Assembly (NCBI GenBank): GCA_965277715.1
Contig: OZ255836.1
Coordinates: 480,001 to 544,000, forward strand
Direction: 5' to 3'
Length of the DNA: 64,000 nucleotides
Origin: Gammaproteobacteria bacterium
GTDB lineage: Bacteria > Pseudomonadota > Gammaproteobacteria > JBCCGL01
Part shown: positions 26,567 to 37,203 of the stretch, in pieces
Numbering within the stretch: position 1 is the stretch's first letter
How the letters are laid out: every line of letters begins with the position of its first letter
The notes under the pieces: model-generated
What the model saw: the letters and a program-made list of their open reading frames with translations, nothing else
Databases searched by the model: none
What the model was told of the DNA's origin: nothing
Translations under genes and position numbers: made by a program

Positions 26567-27928
26567 ATGTCTGATGAGATCAGGTGGTGTGAGAAACCTT
26601 ATAGCGGCTACGCTATCCGCAATCCGATAGCCCCCGATTTTGATTTTCTGCGCGTAGGACCTGCCACGCCGGGTGGTGAGTATCTACGCCGTTTTTGGCA
26701 CCCGGTTGCGATGTCAGAGCAACTGGGTGATAAACCGCTGGCCATCCGTGTGCTCGGTGAAGACCTGGTTGTTTTCCGCGATCTATCCGGTCGTGTTGGC
26801 CTGTTGCACAGGCATTGTGCACACCGGCGGGCGTCGCTGGAGTTTGGCCGTATCGCCGAACATGGGTTGCGTTGTTGCTATCACGGCTGGCACTTCGATG
26901 TTGACGGCACTATTCTGGAAACGCCCGGTGAGCCGGTGAACAGCCCCATCCGTCACAAAATCTGCCAGGGTGCATACCCCGTGCACGAGTTTAAAGGCCT
27001 GGTCTTTGCCTATATGGGGCCACCTGAGGAAAAACCAGCGTTTCCCTGCCTGGATTCGATGGATATCCCCGACCACGAAATGTTGCCGTATTCGATTCAC
27101 TCGCCGAATAACTGGCTACAAGAAACTGAAAACGCCATTGATCCTTTTCACAGCGTCTTTTTACACGGGCGAATCAATGGACCACAGTTTCCTGGGCTGG
27201 AGCATTTTGTCGAGTTGCCCGTGGTGCGTTATTTTCAACGCGATGAGGGGTTTGTCTACGCCCATGCGCGGCGTACCGGGGATTTGGTGTTGCTGCGGTT
27301 TCACGATTACCTACTGCCTAATCTGGCGCAAAATGGTGGCATGTTTCAAGTGCTCGACCACCCCAATACCTTTGGCCGCACCAGCCTGACCAAGTGGGTG
27401 GTGCCCGTTGATGATGTGAATAGCCGCAAATTTGGCTGGCGTCATTTTAATGAAAAGGACGAAGTATTGCGCCAGGGGGAGCGGGATCAGATCGGTTGGG
27501 AAAAAGTCGATTTTTATGGCCAGACAAGCCATCGCAGTTATCAGGAAATGCAAAATAACCCCGGTGACTGGGAAGCGTGGAGTAGTCAGGGGGCAATGAA
27601 TGTGCACCAGCGTGAATACCTTGGCACCACCGATCAGGGGGTGGCCATGCTGCGTTCGCGGCTGAAGAAAGACATACGTGCAGTTGCTGAAGGGCAATCG
27701 ATTGCCACGATGGCCGGTAGTATGGCTGGTAGCGCAGCCAGGCCGTATCACACTTACGGTGGTGATACGATTCTGCGCATACCCAAAAGTGACGATGACA
27801 AAGCCGTTCAGCAGCGTTTGATGCAGGAGGTTATGGCCATTTACTTTGCCGCAGATCAATACGAAGCGGATGAGCGCAGTGACTTTATCCGCCGTGAGGT
27901 GGCGGCAAAGTACCCGCAGGCCTTGTAG
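26567..27928 (+). CDS. Rieske non-heme iron oxygenase alpha subunit (LigX/phthalate-dioxygenase-like)
   Basis: CAH...CCYHGW Rieske motif, ENAIDPFHSVFLH iron motif, VGP.TPGG..LRRFWHP; GGAGG RBS. Confidence 0.9.
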   Translation: MSDEIRWCEKPYSGYAIRNPIAPDFDFLRVGPATPGGEYLRRFWHPVAMSEQLGDKPLAIRVLGEDLVVFRDLSGRVGLLHRHCAHRRASLEFGRIAEHGLRCCYHGWHFDVDGTILETPGEPVNSPIRHKICQGAYPVHEFKGLVFAYMGPPEEKPAFPCLDSMDIPDHEMLPYSIHSPNNWLQETENAIDPFHSVFLHGRINGPQFPGLEHFVELPVVRYFQRDEGFVYAHARRTGDLVLLRFHDYLLPNLAQNGGMFQVLDHPNTFGRTSLTKWVVPVDDVNSRKFGWRHFNEKDEVLRQGERDQIGWEKVDFYGQTSHRSYQEMQNNPGDWEAWSSQGAMNVHQREYLGTTDQGVAMLRSRLKKDIRAVAEGQSIATMAGSMAGSAARPYHTYGGDTILRIPKSDDDKAVQQRLMQEVMAIYFAADQYEADERSDFIRREVAAKYPQAL

Positions 27929-27940
27929 GGGGTGCGGCGT

Positions 27941-29062
27941 ATGAATGAGCCAAACCGACCTCAACCACGTGCAGGTATCCTGCGCATCAAACCGCATATG
28001 TTGGTTGCGGATGCACTGCCTATAGATCAATCACCCACAAACCACCCGCCTATTAATATTGCCTCAAATGAAAGTGCCTACGGGCCAAGCCCACATGCGC
28101 TAGGCGCTGCACAAGGGGCAATAAATTCAATACAGCGCTATGCCGAAACGGCGCAACAGCAACTGGCCAACGCGATTGCCAGGCAATTTAACCTGAACCC
28201 GGAGGGTGTCGTGTGTGGGCACGGTTCGGATGACTTACTGGCGCGGATTGCGCGCACGTATCTGTCGCCGGGGGATGAGTTGATTTTTAGCTGCAATGGC
28301 TATCAAAAAATACCCAACTACGCCTACGCCAACGACGCCGAGGCAATCGCTGCCAGTGATAATGACTTTACCGTCGATGTCGATGCGATTCTCGCCTGTG
28401 TCAGTGATCGCACCCGGATAGTGATGATTGCCAACCCGGACAACCCGACCGGAACATATATACCATCGTCTGAAATACGGCGTTTACACGCCCACCTGGC
28501 GCCGCATATTTTGCTGGTGCTGGATTCGGCCTACCTGGAATACGTCGATGCCGACGACTACGAAACACCTCAACACCTGATTGAAAACCACCACAATGTG
28601 TTGATGACGCGTACCTTTTCAAAAGTCTATGGCCTGGCCGGTGCGCGTTTGGGATGGCTGTATGCCCCCGTGGAAACCGCCGATGTGTTACGCCGTATCG
28701 GTATTACCTTTCCCGTGTCGTCGCCTGCGCTGGCAGCGGGTGTTGCCGCGTTGCAGGATCGTGCGCACACACAGTGGGTGCTCGAACAAAACAGGCGGGT
28801 GCGCCAGCAGTTTGCCCAGGTATTGACGCAACTGGGTGCCAGGGTCTACCCCAGCCAAACCAATTTCTTACTGGTGCAATTTACAGATAAAGCCTCAACA
28901 GCGTCTGAGGTCTACAATTACCTTGAGGCCAATGGGGTTGTCGCACGTCGTTTTGCCGCACAGGCGTTTTCTGACTGTGTGCGCTTCACAATTGGCCTCG
29001 AAGCAGAAATGCACCGCGCCGGTGATTTACTGACTGCATTTTTTAACTTACGTGAGCACTGA
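27941..29062 (+). CDS. HisC-like PLP aminotransferase (class I/II)
   Basis: SNES, G.GSDD, ANPDNPTG, LDSAY.EY, RTFSKVYGLAGARLG. Confidence 0.85.
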   Translation: MNEPNRPQPRAGILRIKPHMLVADALPIDQSPTNHPPINIASNESAYGPSPHALGAAQGAINSIQRYAETAQQQLANAIARQFNLNPEGVVCGHGSDDLLARIARTYLSPGDELIFSCNGYQKIPNYAYANDAEAIAASDNDFTVDVDAILACVSDRTRIVMIANPDNPTGTYIPSSEIRRLHAHLAPHILLVLDSAYLEYVDADDYETPQHLIENHHNVLMTRTFSKVYGLAGARLGWLYAPVETADVLRRIGITFPVSSPALAAGVAALQDRAHTQWVLEQNRRVRQQFAQVLTQLGARVYPSQTNFLLVQFTDKASTASEVYNYLEANGVVARRFAAQAFSDCVRFTIGLEAEMHRAGDLLTAFFNLREH

Positions 29063-29594
29063 TATGGCGGTGAACCTTCATCCACACCGGCTCCAGGGCG
29101 GTGCAATTGTCCACGCTATCAAGCAGGCGAAGGTAAACACTGTCGTGGCTCTGCCGGATATCGTCACCTGTGAAAGCACCTTGTGGCCAATCTCCGGTGA
29201 CCCGGATTTAACCCTGGTGCCGGTGTGTAAGGAAGATGAAGGGGTGTCGATTTGTGCGGGGTTGTCCTATTGTGAGCAGCGTGCCGTATTGTTGATTCAA
29301 CACACCGGTTTTCTCGATTCGATCAACGCGATTCGGGCTATTGCCATCGAGTACGCGTTGCCCGTTGTAATGATCGTCGGTTTGCAGGGTATGGAAGCTG
29401 ATCGCCTGCCAGCCGATTCAGAAAAATATGGCTTGAAAATCCTGCAACCTATTTGCCAGGCAATGGCGCTCGACTATCACTGGTTGGTTGATGAATCCGA
29501 CACAGCGACAATTACCCACACCATAGAGCAGGCTTACCAGCATTCACGGCCGGTCGTGATGTTTGTCGTGCACAGCCCGGAGTGTTCGCAATGA
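29052..29594 (+). CDS. ThDP decarboxylase alpha subunit (ComD/sulfopyruvate-decarboxylase-like)
   Basis: KEDEGVSICAG catalytic Glu region, IQHTGF. Confidence 0.8.
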   Translation: MSTDMAVNLHPHRLQGGAIVHAIKQAKVNTVVALPDIVTCESTLWPISGDPDLTLVPVCKEDEGVSICAGLSYCEQRAVLLIQHTGFLDSINAIRAIAIEYALPVVMIVGLQGMEADRLPADSEKYGLKILQPICQAMALDYHWLVDESDTATITHTIEQAYQHSRPVVMFVVHSPECSQ

Positions 29595-30166
29595 TGAAAC
29601 GCGATCAGGCATTGCGTGTATTGGCACGGCACTACCCTGACGGCATCGTCGTGCCGGTCTACCAATCGGCCTTCGACTGGATGGCGATTCGACCGCATCC
29701 ATTAAACTATTTGTGTACCGGTGCGATGGGACAGGCATCATCGCACGCACTGGGGCTGGCGCTGGGGGCGCCCAGCGAAAAAGTGGTCGTGTTAGACGGT
29801 GATGGCAGCTTGCTGATGAACCTCGGCAGTCTGGTGACGATTGCCAATATGGCGCCAAAAAACCTTGTGCACTTTGTTAGCCACAACGGCATTTACGAGG
29901 TGAATGGAAGGTTTCCGATACCGGGTGGGTGTGCATTGCGGTTTGATGGTATGGCGCGTGAGGCGGGGTATGCCAGCACCTGGTCATTTGATGATATTGA
30001 TGACTTCGAGCGGGATATTGAGCAAGTGTTGAATACACAGGGGCCGGTATTTGTTAGCTTGCAGGTAGAGGCGGGGGAGTACCACCCCTGGGATTATGTG
30101 GCTATTCACAGCGCTGAGTCGCGTGCGATATTTCGGGCCGCTTTGCGGGAGCGTTTGTCGGTTTAA
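29591..30166 (+). CDS. ThDP decarboxylase beta subunit (ComE-like)
   Basis: GAMGQASS..LGLALG, DGDGSLLMN...HNG ThDP-binding motif; ATGA overlap. Confidence 0.85.
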   Translation: MMKRDQALRVLARHYPDGIVVPVYQSAFDWMAIRPHPLNYLCTGAMGQASSHALGLALGAPSEKVVVLDGDGSLLMNLGSLVTIANMAPKNLVHFVSHNGIYEVNGRFPIPGGCALRFDGMAREAGYASTWSFDDIDDFERDIEQVLNTQGPVFVSLQVEAGEYHPWDYVAIHSAESRAIFRAALRERLSV

Positions 30167-30491
30167 GCTAACGGGGCACAATAATGTGTTTTTTGGCAAG
30201 GTGCTAATCTGGTCATACCAATCCGTGAGTGTTGAGATAAAGATTAGCAGGGTACTTTTATGCAGATAGACGGTGTACTAGGTTTTTAGATTGGAAAGTA
30301 GTGCCATGTGTGTATCATAAGCTAAGCAGCTAATGACCGCCGTTTAACGCCAGCACTTACAAACCGTGATCACCCATTACCAGCAAAAAGCGCGTGAGGA
30401 ATTGCAAGCGATGAGAGAAACGGTATTTTCCAAGTTGCCGGATAAAAATATTCCTCAATATCAAAATGAGTCTGATCGCAATGGCACTAAG

Positions 30492-31269
30492 TTAAGCCGC
30501 TTTAGCTTGCCAATATTCAGTTTTTAAAACGTTCCTTGGTCGAGTCATTAATGCCCGTGGTTTAGGTCGCCTTTTTACCACTCTTGGTTCAAATCTAAAA
30601 GGTCGATGAAGCACACGATCATCCGCAATCGCTGCATATAAATAATCAAGATATTGCCGTCTTTTTTGTGCTGGACTCTGCCCACTACCAAGTGATGAAG
30701 TGCTTTGTCGGAGTGTTTGCAAAACACCTTTAAGACTTAGCCGATCAACCGGTGTGTCATGTCGGCATGAAGCGACACACATGATGTGCCTGATTGTGTT
30801 GTAAACAATCATGTGTATGATGATTTCCTTACGAACCATATCAGGTGTTTTACAGCGTAATATATCCATACCCATGGTGGTTTTAATATCGCGAAAATAC
30901 AGCTCCACATTCCAGCGCTGTGCATAGAGATCAATAATTTCTATAGCGGGATATTGCTGAGCATCAAGTAGTGTCGTGATGATATAAAAATGGTTCGTCC
31001 TAAATCCTTTTCGTACAATACTGACGTGTATTTGTCGTAAAGTTAAGGTCTTTGGAAGGTCGCTATGCTGCTCTTTTGTGTAACGGGTCGCTTTTGTGTG
31101 TCTAGGTTTTTGCCATTCGATATGAAGGTCATTATCGGCTATCTTCTTTTTGGCCTGGGAGGCAGTGCTGGGTGTTCTCCGGGCCAATGTAACGACACTG
31201 TCAACCGTTCGTCGAGAGAGGCAGTCAATATCGTAGAAGCTGCAAAAACCTTTATCACCTAAGAAAATG
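30492..31269 (-). pseudogene. IS4 transposase, C-terminal part
   Basis: FLGDKGF, Y..RW.VE..FR.IK (YREK), RFEPRVVKRRPK. Confidence 0.9.
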
Positions 31270-32532
31270 GGTTCCTCCCCGGTTTGTGTGAGGTTATAGT
31301 ATTTCATCCCCCTTTGCTATTGAGAGGCTCCGGTGCTATCGAGCCTTGAAGAACACTACAGCCAGCTCCTGGGCCTGACAGATGATTGGTCAGTGACATC
31401 AGTTGATTTAGACCCTTCAGGGTTAAAAGTATCCATTTCGTTTGAGTTTAGCGGCAACCACGGCCCTTGTTCGCACTGTGGAGAAGTGAGTCCGTTCTAT
31501 GATCACCGTTCACAAGAGCGATCCTGGAGACACCTGGATACTATGCAGTTTGAAACGCGCCTACACAGTCGCATTCCCCGAGTAAATTGTCTGGAGCATG
31601 GTGTTAAAAGTATGGTGTTACCCTGGGCAAGCAAGCGCAGTCGTTTTACGTTGTTGTTTGAATTATTTTCCATCAGGGTGTTGCAAGCCTCACGTAGCGT
31701 CGAAGAGACGCGTAAGTTACTGGGACTTAGCTGGAACGCAGTGGAAGCCATCAAAGCCCGCGCTGTCGAACGGGGACTTTCGCGTCGGGAATTGGTGACA
31801 ATTGAGTACCTGGGTATTGATGAGAAGTCCCACCGTAAAGGGCATGACTATGTGACGCTCATCAATGATATCGATGGAGGGCGAGTATTGGATGGAGTGA
31901 AAGATCACACCCAGGCAGCCTGTGAGGAGGCGTTGGAGGTTGCGCTGACGGATAACCAGCGAGAACAGGTGAAAGCCGTTGCGATTGATATGTGGCCTGC
32001 GTTCATTTTAGCCAACACCTGAATAAGGCGGTGGATCAGGTCCGTCGTGACGAACATAGAGACCTTTTGTCACAAGGTGATACCCGGTTGAAAAAGAGTC
32101 GTTATCACTGGTTAAAAAACGAAGAAAATTTGTCTGACAAAGCAGCCGAGCACTTTGAGTCACTCAAGCATGATCAGTTATTGACAGCCCGAGCTTGGGC
32201 GATAAAAGAACTGTTTCGTGATTTCTGGATGTATAAGACAGCGGGTTGGGCAAAGCGTTTCTTTGACGAGTGGTATTCATGGGCAAGTCGGTGCCGATTG
32301 GACAGCATAAAGAAAGTGGCCAAGATGATAAAAACGCACATGCCGAACATATTGACATGGTTTAAGCACATAATAAGTAATGCCGTGTCAGAGGGTTTGA
32401 ATTCAAAAATTCAGACAGTCAAATCGAATGCAAGAGGGTTTCGTTCGTTTGAAAGTTACCGGCGGAGTATTTTGTTTTACTGCGGAAAGCTGGATAGGGA
32501 ACCGGTGGCTTCACAATAATCGGGGAAGAACC
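31270..32532 (+). mobile_element. ISL3-family element
   Basis: Imperfect 22-bp TIRs ggttcctccccggtttgtgtga / tcacaataatcggggaagaacc. Confidence 0.9.
31333..32519 (+). pseudogene. ISL3 transposase with frameshifting internal deletion
   Basis: Zn finger, GIDEKS, IDMWPAF then shift to HF.QHLNKAVD...SNAVSEGLNSKI; the usual IVxDRFH segment is missing. Confidence 0.85.
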
Positions 32533-33176
32533 TCTAAAAGTCTTAGCTCATGACTTTTTTTGTTTCCCAGTGCATAGCTCAGAATTAAGCCGCTGTAAAG
32601 ATTAAAACAAGCTAAAAGCCGTGCTTGAGGAAATCCGCATCCCTGTGTTTGTGATTTCGGTTGTGGGTAAGTTTGTTGATTCGCGGGCGTATCGGGCATG
32701 GATAGGCCCGTGCCATCGGCAACGATAACCGGTCGGCCTTGGAGCGCTTTGGGTTGAGGTGGCGATAATCGACACATCCCTGAAAATAGATTTTTAAGAT
32801 CGTCCATGGGTAGTTTTCTACGTGCTTGGCAGTAGGCGGAGGTGGATGATGAAGGTATGGGAATGCCTTGGTTGTGGGCGACATTTTGCAGTTGTCTAAC
32901 GACTTCTTTACAGCCACCATCGGCGTTCATTATTTGTGAAAAAAACAACCAGAAAGTATTTTCTTTACTGAAAATACGTCGACGACTATTCACACCACAA
33001 TCATTCGGTTTAAGAATATTCGTGGGTATGATATCGCCAAGAAAAACAGATAGTTCACTCAGTGATTTGTGACGTATTTTTGCTATCTTATCGTGCAAGA
33101 TTTGAATGGCTGAACGGGGTGTTTTGCGGAGTGTTTGGATGTTAAATTCGGGTAGAAATAAGGTTGTATTTTTCAT
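32533..33176 (-). pseudogene. IS4 transposase, N-terminal part
   Basis: RRRIFS, SAYCQAR.KLP, ADGTGLSMPDT..NQ..YPQ. Confidence 0.9.
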
Positions 33177-33272
33177 ACAAAATTATAACACTTCAACCTG
33201 TTTTCTTGGGTTTATTACAGTTATTTTTTCGTTTATTTTACCCGCTAAAACCGCTTAACTTAGTGCCATTGG

Positions 33273-33560
33273 GAACTGATCCAGAATACCCTAGATAGCT
33301 ACCAGGAAGAAAAGCGTATACCAGCGAGTGTTCTTCATGCAGAAGGAAAGGCAGAGCATGGAGATTACTACCGAACACCGGGCTATTACTTGCGCTTATA
33401 CCGCCAACGTTTAGACATGCCACAAGTGTTGTTATCAAAAGCATCAGGAATTCCTCAGCGCCATGTGTCTGAAATGGAAAATAATAAACGGGCATTGGGA
33501 AAAGCGGCAGCGAAAAAGCTGGCGGCGATCTTGAAGATTGATTATCGAAAGTTGTTGTAA
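33273..33560 (+). pseudogene. XRE/HigA-like HTH protein truncated at 5' end by IS4
   Basis: ...TPGYYLRLYRQRLDMPQVLLSKASGIPQRHVSEMENNKRALGKAAAKKLAAILKIDYRKLL*; frame open up to IS end. Confidence 0.75.
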
Positions 33561-33638
33561 AGCCGGACGCGCTGCGCAGTAGCGGACAAAGTGGTAGTCA
33601 GCCCGCCGGTCACGGTGCTTGCATCGCCAGGCAAGTAT

Positions 33639-33744
33639 GGCCATCCGTGGCCGGTTCCGTTCAGTTCTTGTTTTCTTTTTTACACGCTCGGCTCCTCGGC
33701 TTTAGCTTCCTGCGTCGCTCTACCTCCCCCATCCATGGGGTCGT
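33639..33744. repeat. REP-like palindromic intergenic element
   Basis: ggccatccgtggcc and ccccatccatgggg hairpins with cttcctgcgtcgctctacctcc; resembles gammaproteobacterial REP-type repeats; single copy here. Confidence 0.4.
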
Positions 33745-33908
33745 GCGCTCGATGCACGGGAAAGGCAGCCCCAGGAACCCCTCCGGGATTAGCAGGAGAA
33801 AAAGATAAACAATCTACACCACACCATCCAAAAGATCATAGATGTAGCAAACGAGTTACAGCCAGAGGTAAAACGGGCGCGAGTACGGGGGAGATAATTG
33901 CAGCAGCG

Positions 33909-35036
33909 TTAGCGAATTTGTGTACCTGCGACCTGCTTGGGAAAATAATCCTGGCAAGCCCCTTCACGCAACACATCGGCCGTCGCGCAATGTATACCAC
34001 CGCCAAATGGGTAGGCATCGCGAAATTCAATGGGAATCACTTCCATACCCAGCTTGTCCATCTGCTCGCACTGGTGCACTTCGCTGGCTTCGACAATCAC
34101 GGTTTTGTGGTCGATAACCAAACAATTCATCGACAGCCAAACACTGGAATAACACAAAGGTGGCGGTGAATCGTTCGCTGGTTGTGCGGCGTCGATGATC
34201 TCCCAATCGTTGGCGGCAAAGATCTTGCGTTGTGTCTCGGGCAGGCGGCGATTGGGGTTGTTGATAATTAACCCAGGGCGTAGCGGTACAAACGTCGCAT
34301 CAATATGGATGGGGTAGGGGTCACCCGGAAAGTTGACAGCGTGTACTCGGTGGTCTGAATAATGGCGTTGCAACCACTCCATCGCCCGTCGATTGGTCGT
34401 CAGGCCGTGCTGGCAAAACAAATCCTTGCCGATACGGCAGACATCGGCGGCGTCAAACAAAGGCTCGTGCTCGTTGGTGACGAAATCGAGTGCGGCGGTG
34501 CGCGCCAGCCTGTCTTCAATGGTTATTTCATCGAAATAACCTGTCTTATATGAGCGGTCAGTGAGCCGTGGACGGGGAGCCTGTTCCCAGCGGAAGTTAG
34601 GGTCTTCATCAAAATACTGTTGCATTAGTGGTTCGTAGGCGAGGTACTCCCAAAAACGGCAGCGAAATGACATCGGTGCCATCAGAATCTCACTGCCGAT
34701 TGTCAGTAATACATCGCGTGGGGGCATGCAACCAAACTGTGTGCCTGTACTAAAATCTGGCGTGATAACCGATTGATTCCACTGTATCGGTGTTGGGCGA
34801 TCAACGCGAATGCCTCTGGCTTCGAGGATACGCGCCAGGTTATCGAGCTGCACATTGGCTTTTTCCACCGTTTCCAGTGGCCGTGGCCCCCACATGCCGC
34901 GCATATCACTGTCTTCCGGTACTTTAGCCTCAGTGGCAGGTTCGTTGGGGGGAATACACGTGTGGTCGGCCCGACCTACAATAGCGTGCTTGAGTGGGTC
35001 AAAATCATTCCACGAATTGACGGTTGTTATTGGCAT
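33909..35036 (-). CDS. Amidinotransferase (glycine/inosamine-phosphate amidinotransferase family)
   Basis: VNSWN..DPL, MPPRD, FDAAD, HIDAT, GGGIHCAT. Confidence 0.9.
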   Translation of the reverse strand: MPITTVNSWNDFDPLKHAIVGRADHTCIPPNEPATEAKVPEDSDMRGMWGPRPLETVEKANVQLDNLARILEARGIRVDRPTPIQWNQSVITPDFSTGTQFGCMPPRDVLLTIGSEILMAPMSFRCRFWEYLAYEPLMQQYFDEDPNFRWEQAPRPRLTDRSYKTGYFDEITIEDRLARTAALDFVTNEHEPLFDAADVCRIGKDLFCQHGLTTNRRAMEWLQRHYSDHRVHAVNFPGDPYPIHIDATFVPLRPGLIINNPNRRLPETQRKIFAANDWEIIDAAQPANDSPPPLCYSSVWLSMNCLVIDHKTVIVEASEVHQCEQMDKLGMEVIPIEFRDAYPFGGGIHCATADVLREGACQDYFPKQVAGTQIR

Positions 35037-35131
35037 GGTAGTGGTTCCGTATGGATGGTGTGGTTGTTATGAAGCATTCGGGTTAAAACCGGCGATTATA
35101 AGCAAGCAGTGTGTGTGGGCAAATTTAATTG

Positions 35132-35674
35132 TCAAGTGGTGTTGGTAGGCGAATCGACTACCGTGTTTCCCGACACCCTCTTTAAGTATTGGAAGAGTGC
35201 CCGTGCTGACTTTGGGGGTGATTGCCTGCTCTGTTCGCGGTGTGTATTGCGCACCAGTTGCCTGATTGTCTGACGCTCGGCGTGCGGCCATTGTGCCAAT
35301 AATTCGGTGAGTGCGTTGTCGCCTTCATCGATCAGCCGCTCGCGCCACTGTTCGAGTTGTTTGTGGTGTTTTCGGCTGATTTCTGCGTGATCTTCGATTG
35401 CCTGTAACTGGGTATAGATACCATCGATATCCGTATTGCGCATCAGCTTCCCAAGGTAGTGAATCTGCCGTTTGCGACCAATATGTGCGTTGATACTCCT
35501 CGCCAGTACAGCCGCTTCACGTATCGGCTCGGGAAGCGTAAGGCTTTTGAATAACTTATCGCCTAAAGTGACCAGGGTTTTGGCCAGGTCGAGCACCCGT
35601 TGAGCATCACGCTTACGCTGGCTCTTGCTGACGATCGTATCGTCTTCGTGCGTGTTGTCGCTTTGTTCGCTCAT
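35132..35674 (-). CDS. yjgA: Ribosome biogenesis factor YjgA/DarP
   Basis: SKSQRKRD, RQ..YLGKLMR, LEQWRERL; divergent from pmbA. Confidence 0.92.
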   Translation of the reverse strand: MSEQSDNTHEDDTIVSKSQRKRDAQRVLDLAKTLVTLGDKLFKSLTLPEPIREAAVLARSINAHIGRKRQIHYLGKLMRNTDIDGIYTQLQAIEDHAEISRKHHKQLEQWRERLIDEGDNALTELLAQWPHAERQTIRQLVRNTHREQSRQSPPKSARALFQYLKRVSGNTVVDSPTNTT

Positions 35675-35835
35675 GTTGTCTCAGTTGGGTGGTAGTATGC
35701 TGATTAGGATTATATCCTTTCGTTAATTGTGGCTGCATACTGGCATGGCTACAATTTATATTTCTTATCATACTAGAGGGTGCCGGAAAGCACGGTTATT
35801 TTCCGGCATCATCATAACGGGTGCTAACTTACGCA

Positions 35836-37188
35836 ATGTCTATTAATACCGCCTCCAGCAAACCTCAGCTGAACGATGTAGAGCTTGAAACACTTTGTCA
35901 ACTTGCACTGGATGAGGCAAAAAGCCTGGGTGCAACGCAGGCCGATGTTGACGTTAGCCAAGAATCCGGACTAAGCGTCAGTGTGCGTTTGGGTGAGGTC
36001 GAAACCATCGAGCACAACCGTGATAAAGGGCTGGGTGTCACTGTTTACTTTGGCCAGCACAAGGGTTCATCGAATACCACCGACTTTAGCGAAGCGGCGG
36101 TTCGCCAATCGGTTCAGGCGGCCTGTTCGATTGCAAAATACACCACAGAAGACGCATGCGCGGGCCTGGCCGATGCGGAATTGATGGCAACAGAAATACC
36201 CGATCTCGACTTATTACACCCCTGGGATACCAACGCTGAACAAATGATCGAGATGGCAGCGGAGTGCGAGCAGGCTGCACGCGATTACGATGCAAAAATC
36301 AGCAACTCGGATGGCGCCACTATTTCAACGCATTCGGGTGTCAGTGTGTACGCTAATACACACGGGTTTTTTGGGCGTGTCGATAGCTCCCGACACAGTA
36401 ATAGCTGCTCAGTCATAGGTGGCGAGGGTGACGCTATGCAGCGCGACTACTGGTACAGCGCAGCACGCAATGCACAAAACCTGGAGAGCGCGGCATCGGT
36501 TGGCCAGCAGGCCGCTGAGCGCACATTGCGCCGCCTCGGTGCCAGAAGTATCAACACAGGTGTCTACCCTGTGCTGTATTCACCGGAAATGGCGCGGAGC
36601 CTGCTGGGTTCATTTTCCAGCGCGATCAGTGGTGGCTCCCTATACCGTAAGACGACATTTTTACTCGATAAACTCGGCGAACCCGTTTTTTCGCCACTGG
36701 TTAACATTGATGAACAACCACTGCTTATCGGTGAACTGGGCAGCTCGCCGTTCGATGGCGAGGGCGTTGCGCGCCAAAACCGCCATATCGTGCAGGATGG
36801 CGTATTACAGGGGCACTTTTTGAGCAGTTATTCGGCGCGCAAACTCGGCGTGCAAACGACAGGTAATGCCGGTGGTGCACGCAATCTGGTGTTACAACCT
36901 GGCGCCTACACTCTAGAGCAACTACTCGAACAAATGGGCAGCGGGTTTTTAGTGACTGAAATGATGGGGTCAGGGGTCAACCTGACAACGGGTGATTACT
37001 CACGCGGTGCAGCGGGTTTCTGGGTTGAAAAGGGTGAAATTGCCTACCCTGTCGAAGAGGTAACGGTGGCGGGTAATTTGCGCGAAATGTTTCTAAATAT
37101 TCGCGCACTGGGTAATGATGTTGATAAGTGCGGCAATATACATACGGGGTCATTGTTAATTGAACAACTGACCGTTGCCGGGGGGTAA
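35836..37188 (+). CDS. pmbA: Metalloprotease PmbA/TldE
   Basis: VETIEHNRDK, MQRDYWY, PFDGEG, TTGNAGG, TGDYSRGAAGFWVE; start approximate. Confidence 0.95.
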   Translation: MSINTASSKPQLNDVELETLCQLALDEAKSLGATQADVDVSQESGLSVSVRLGEVETIEHNRDKGLGVTVYFGQHKGSSNTTDFSEAAVRQSVQAACSIAKYTTEDACAGLADAELMATEIPDLDLLHPWDTNAEQMIEMAAECEQAARDYDAKISNSDGATISTHSGVSVYANTHGFFGRVDSSRHSNSCSVIGGEGDAMQRDYWYSAARNAQNLESAASVGQQAAERTLRRLGARSINTGVYPVLYSPEMARSLLGSFSSAISGGSLYRKTTFLLDKLGEPVFSPLVNIDEQPLLIGELGSSPFDGEGVARQNRHIVQDGVLQGHFLSSYSARKLGVQTTGNAGGARNLVLQPGAYTLEQLLEQMGSGFLVTEMMGSGVNLTTGDYSRGAAGFWVEKGEIAYPVEEVTVAGNLREMFLNIRALGNDVDKCGNIHTGSLLIEQLTVAGG

Positions 37189-37203
37189 GTTGCTCTACGC
37201 TCC

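Larger units (their letters stand above)
30479..33271 (-). mobile_element. IS4-family element interrupted by ISL3
   Basis: Perfect 19-bp TIRs caatggcactaagttaagc (30479-30497) / gcttaacttagtgccattg (33253-33271). Confidence 0.9.

Noticed and set aside
27311-28030. 239-aa antisense ORF and similar shadows in the host region
   Set aside because: Expected antisense frames of GC-richer genes; no motifs
27941-29062. Calling the aminotransferase hisC
   Set aside because: Family motifs fit but the context is catabolic, so substrate is uncertain
33591-34169. 192-aa plus-strand ORF
   Set aside because: Runs through a REP-like intergenic region and antisense to the amidinotransferase
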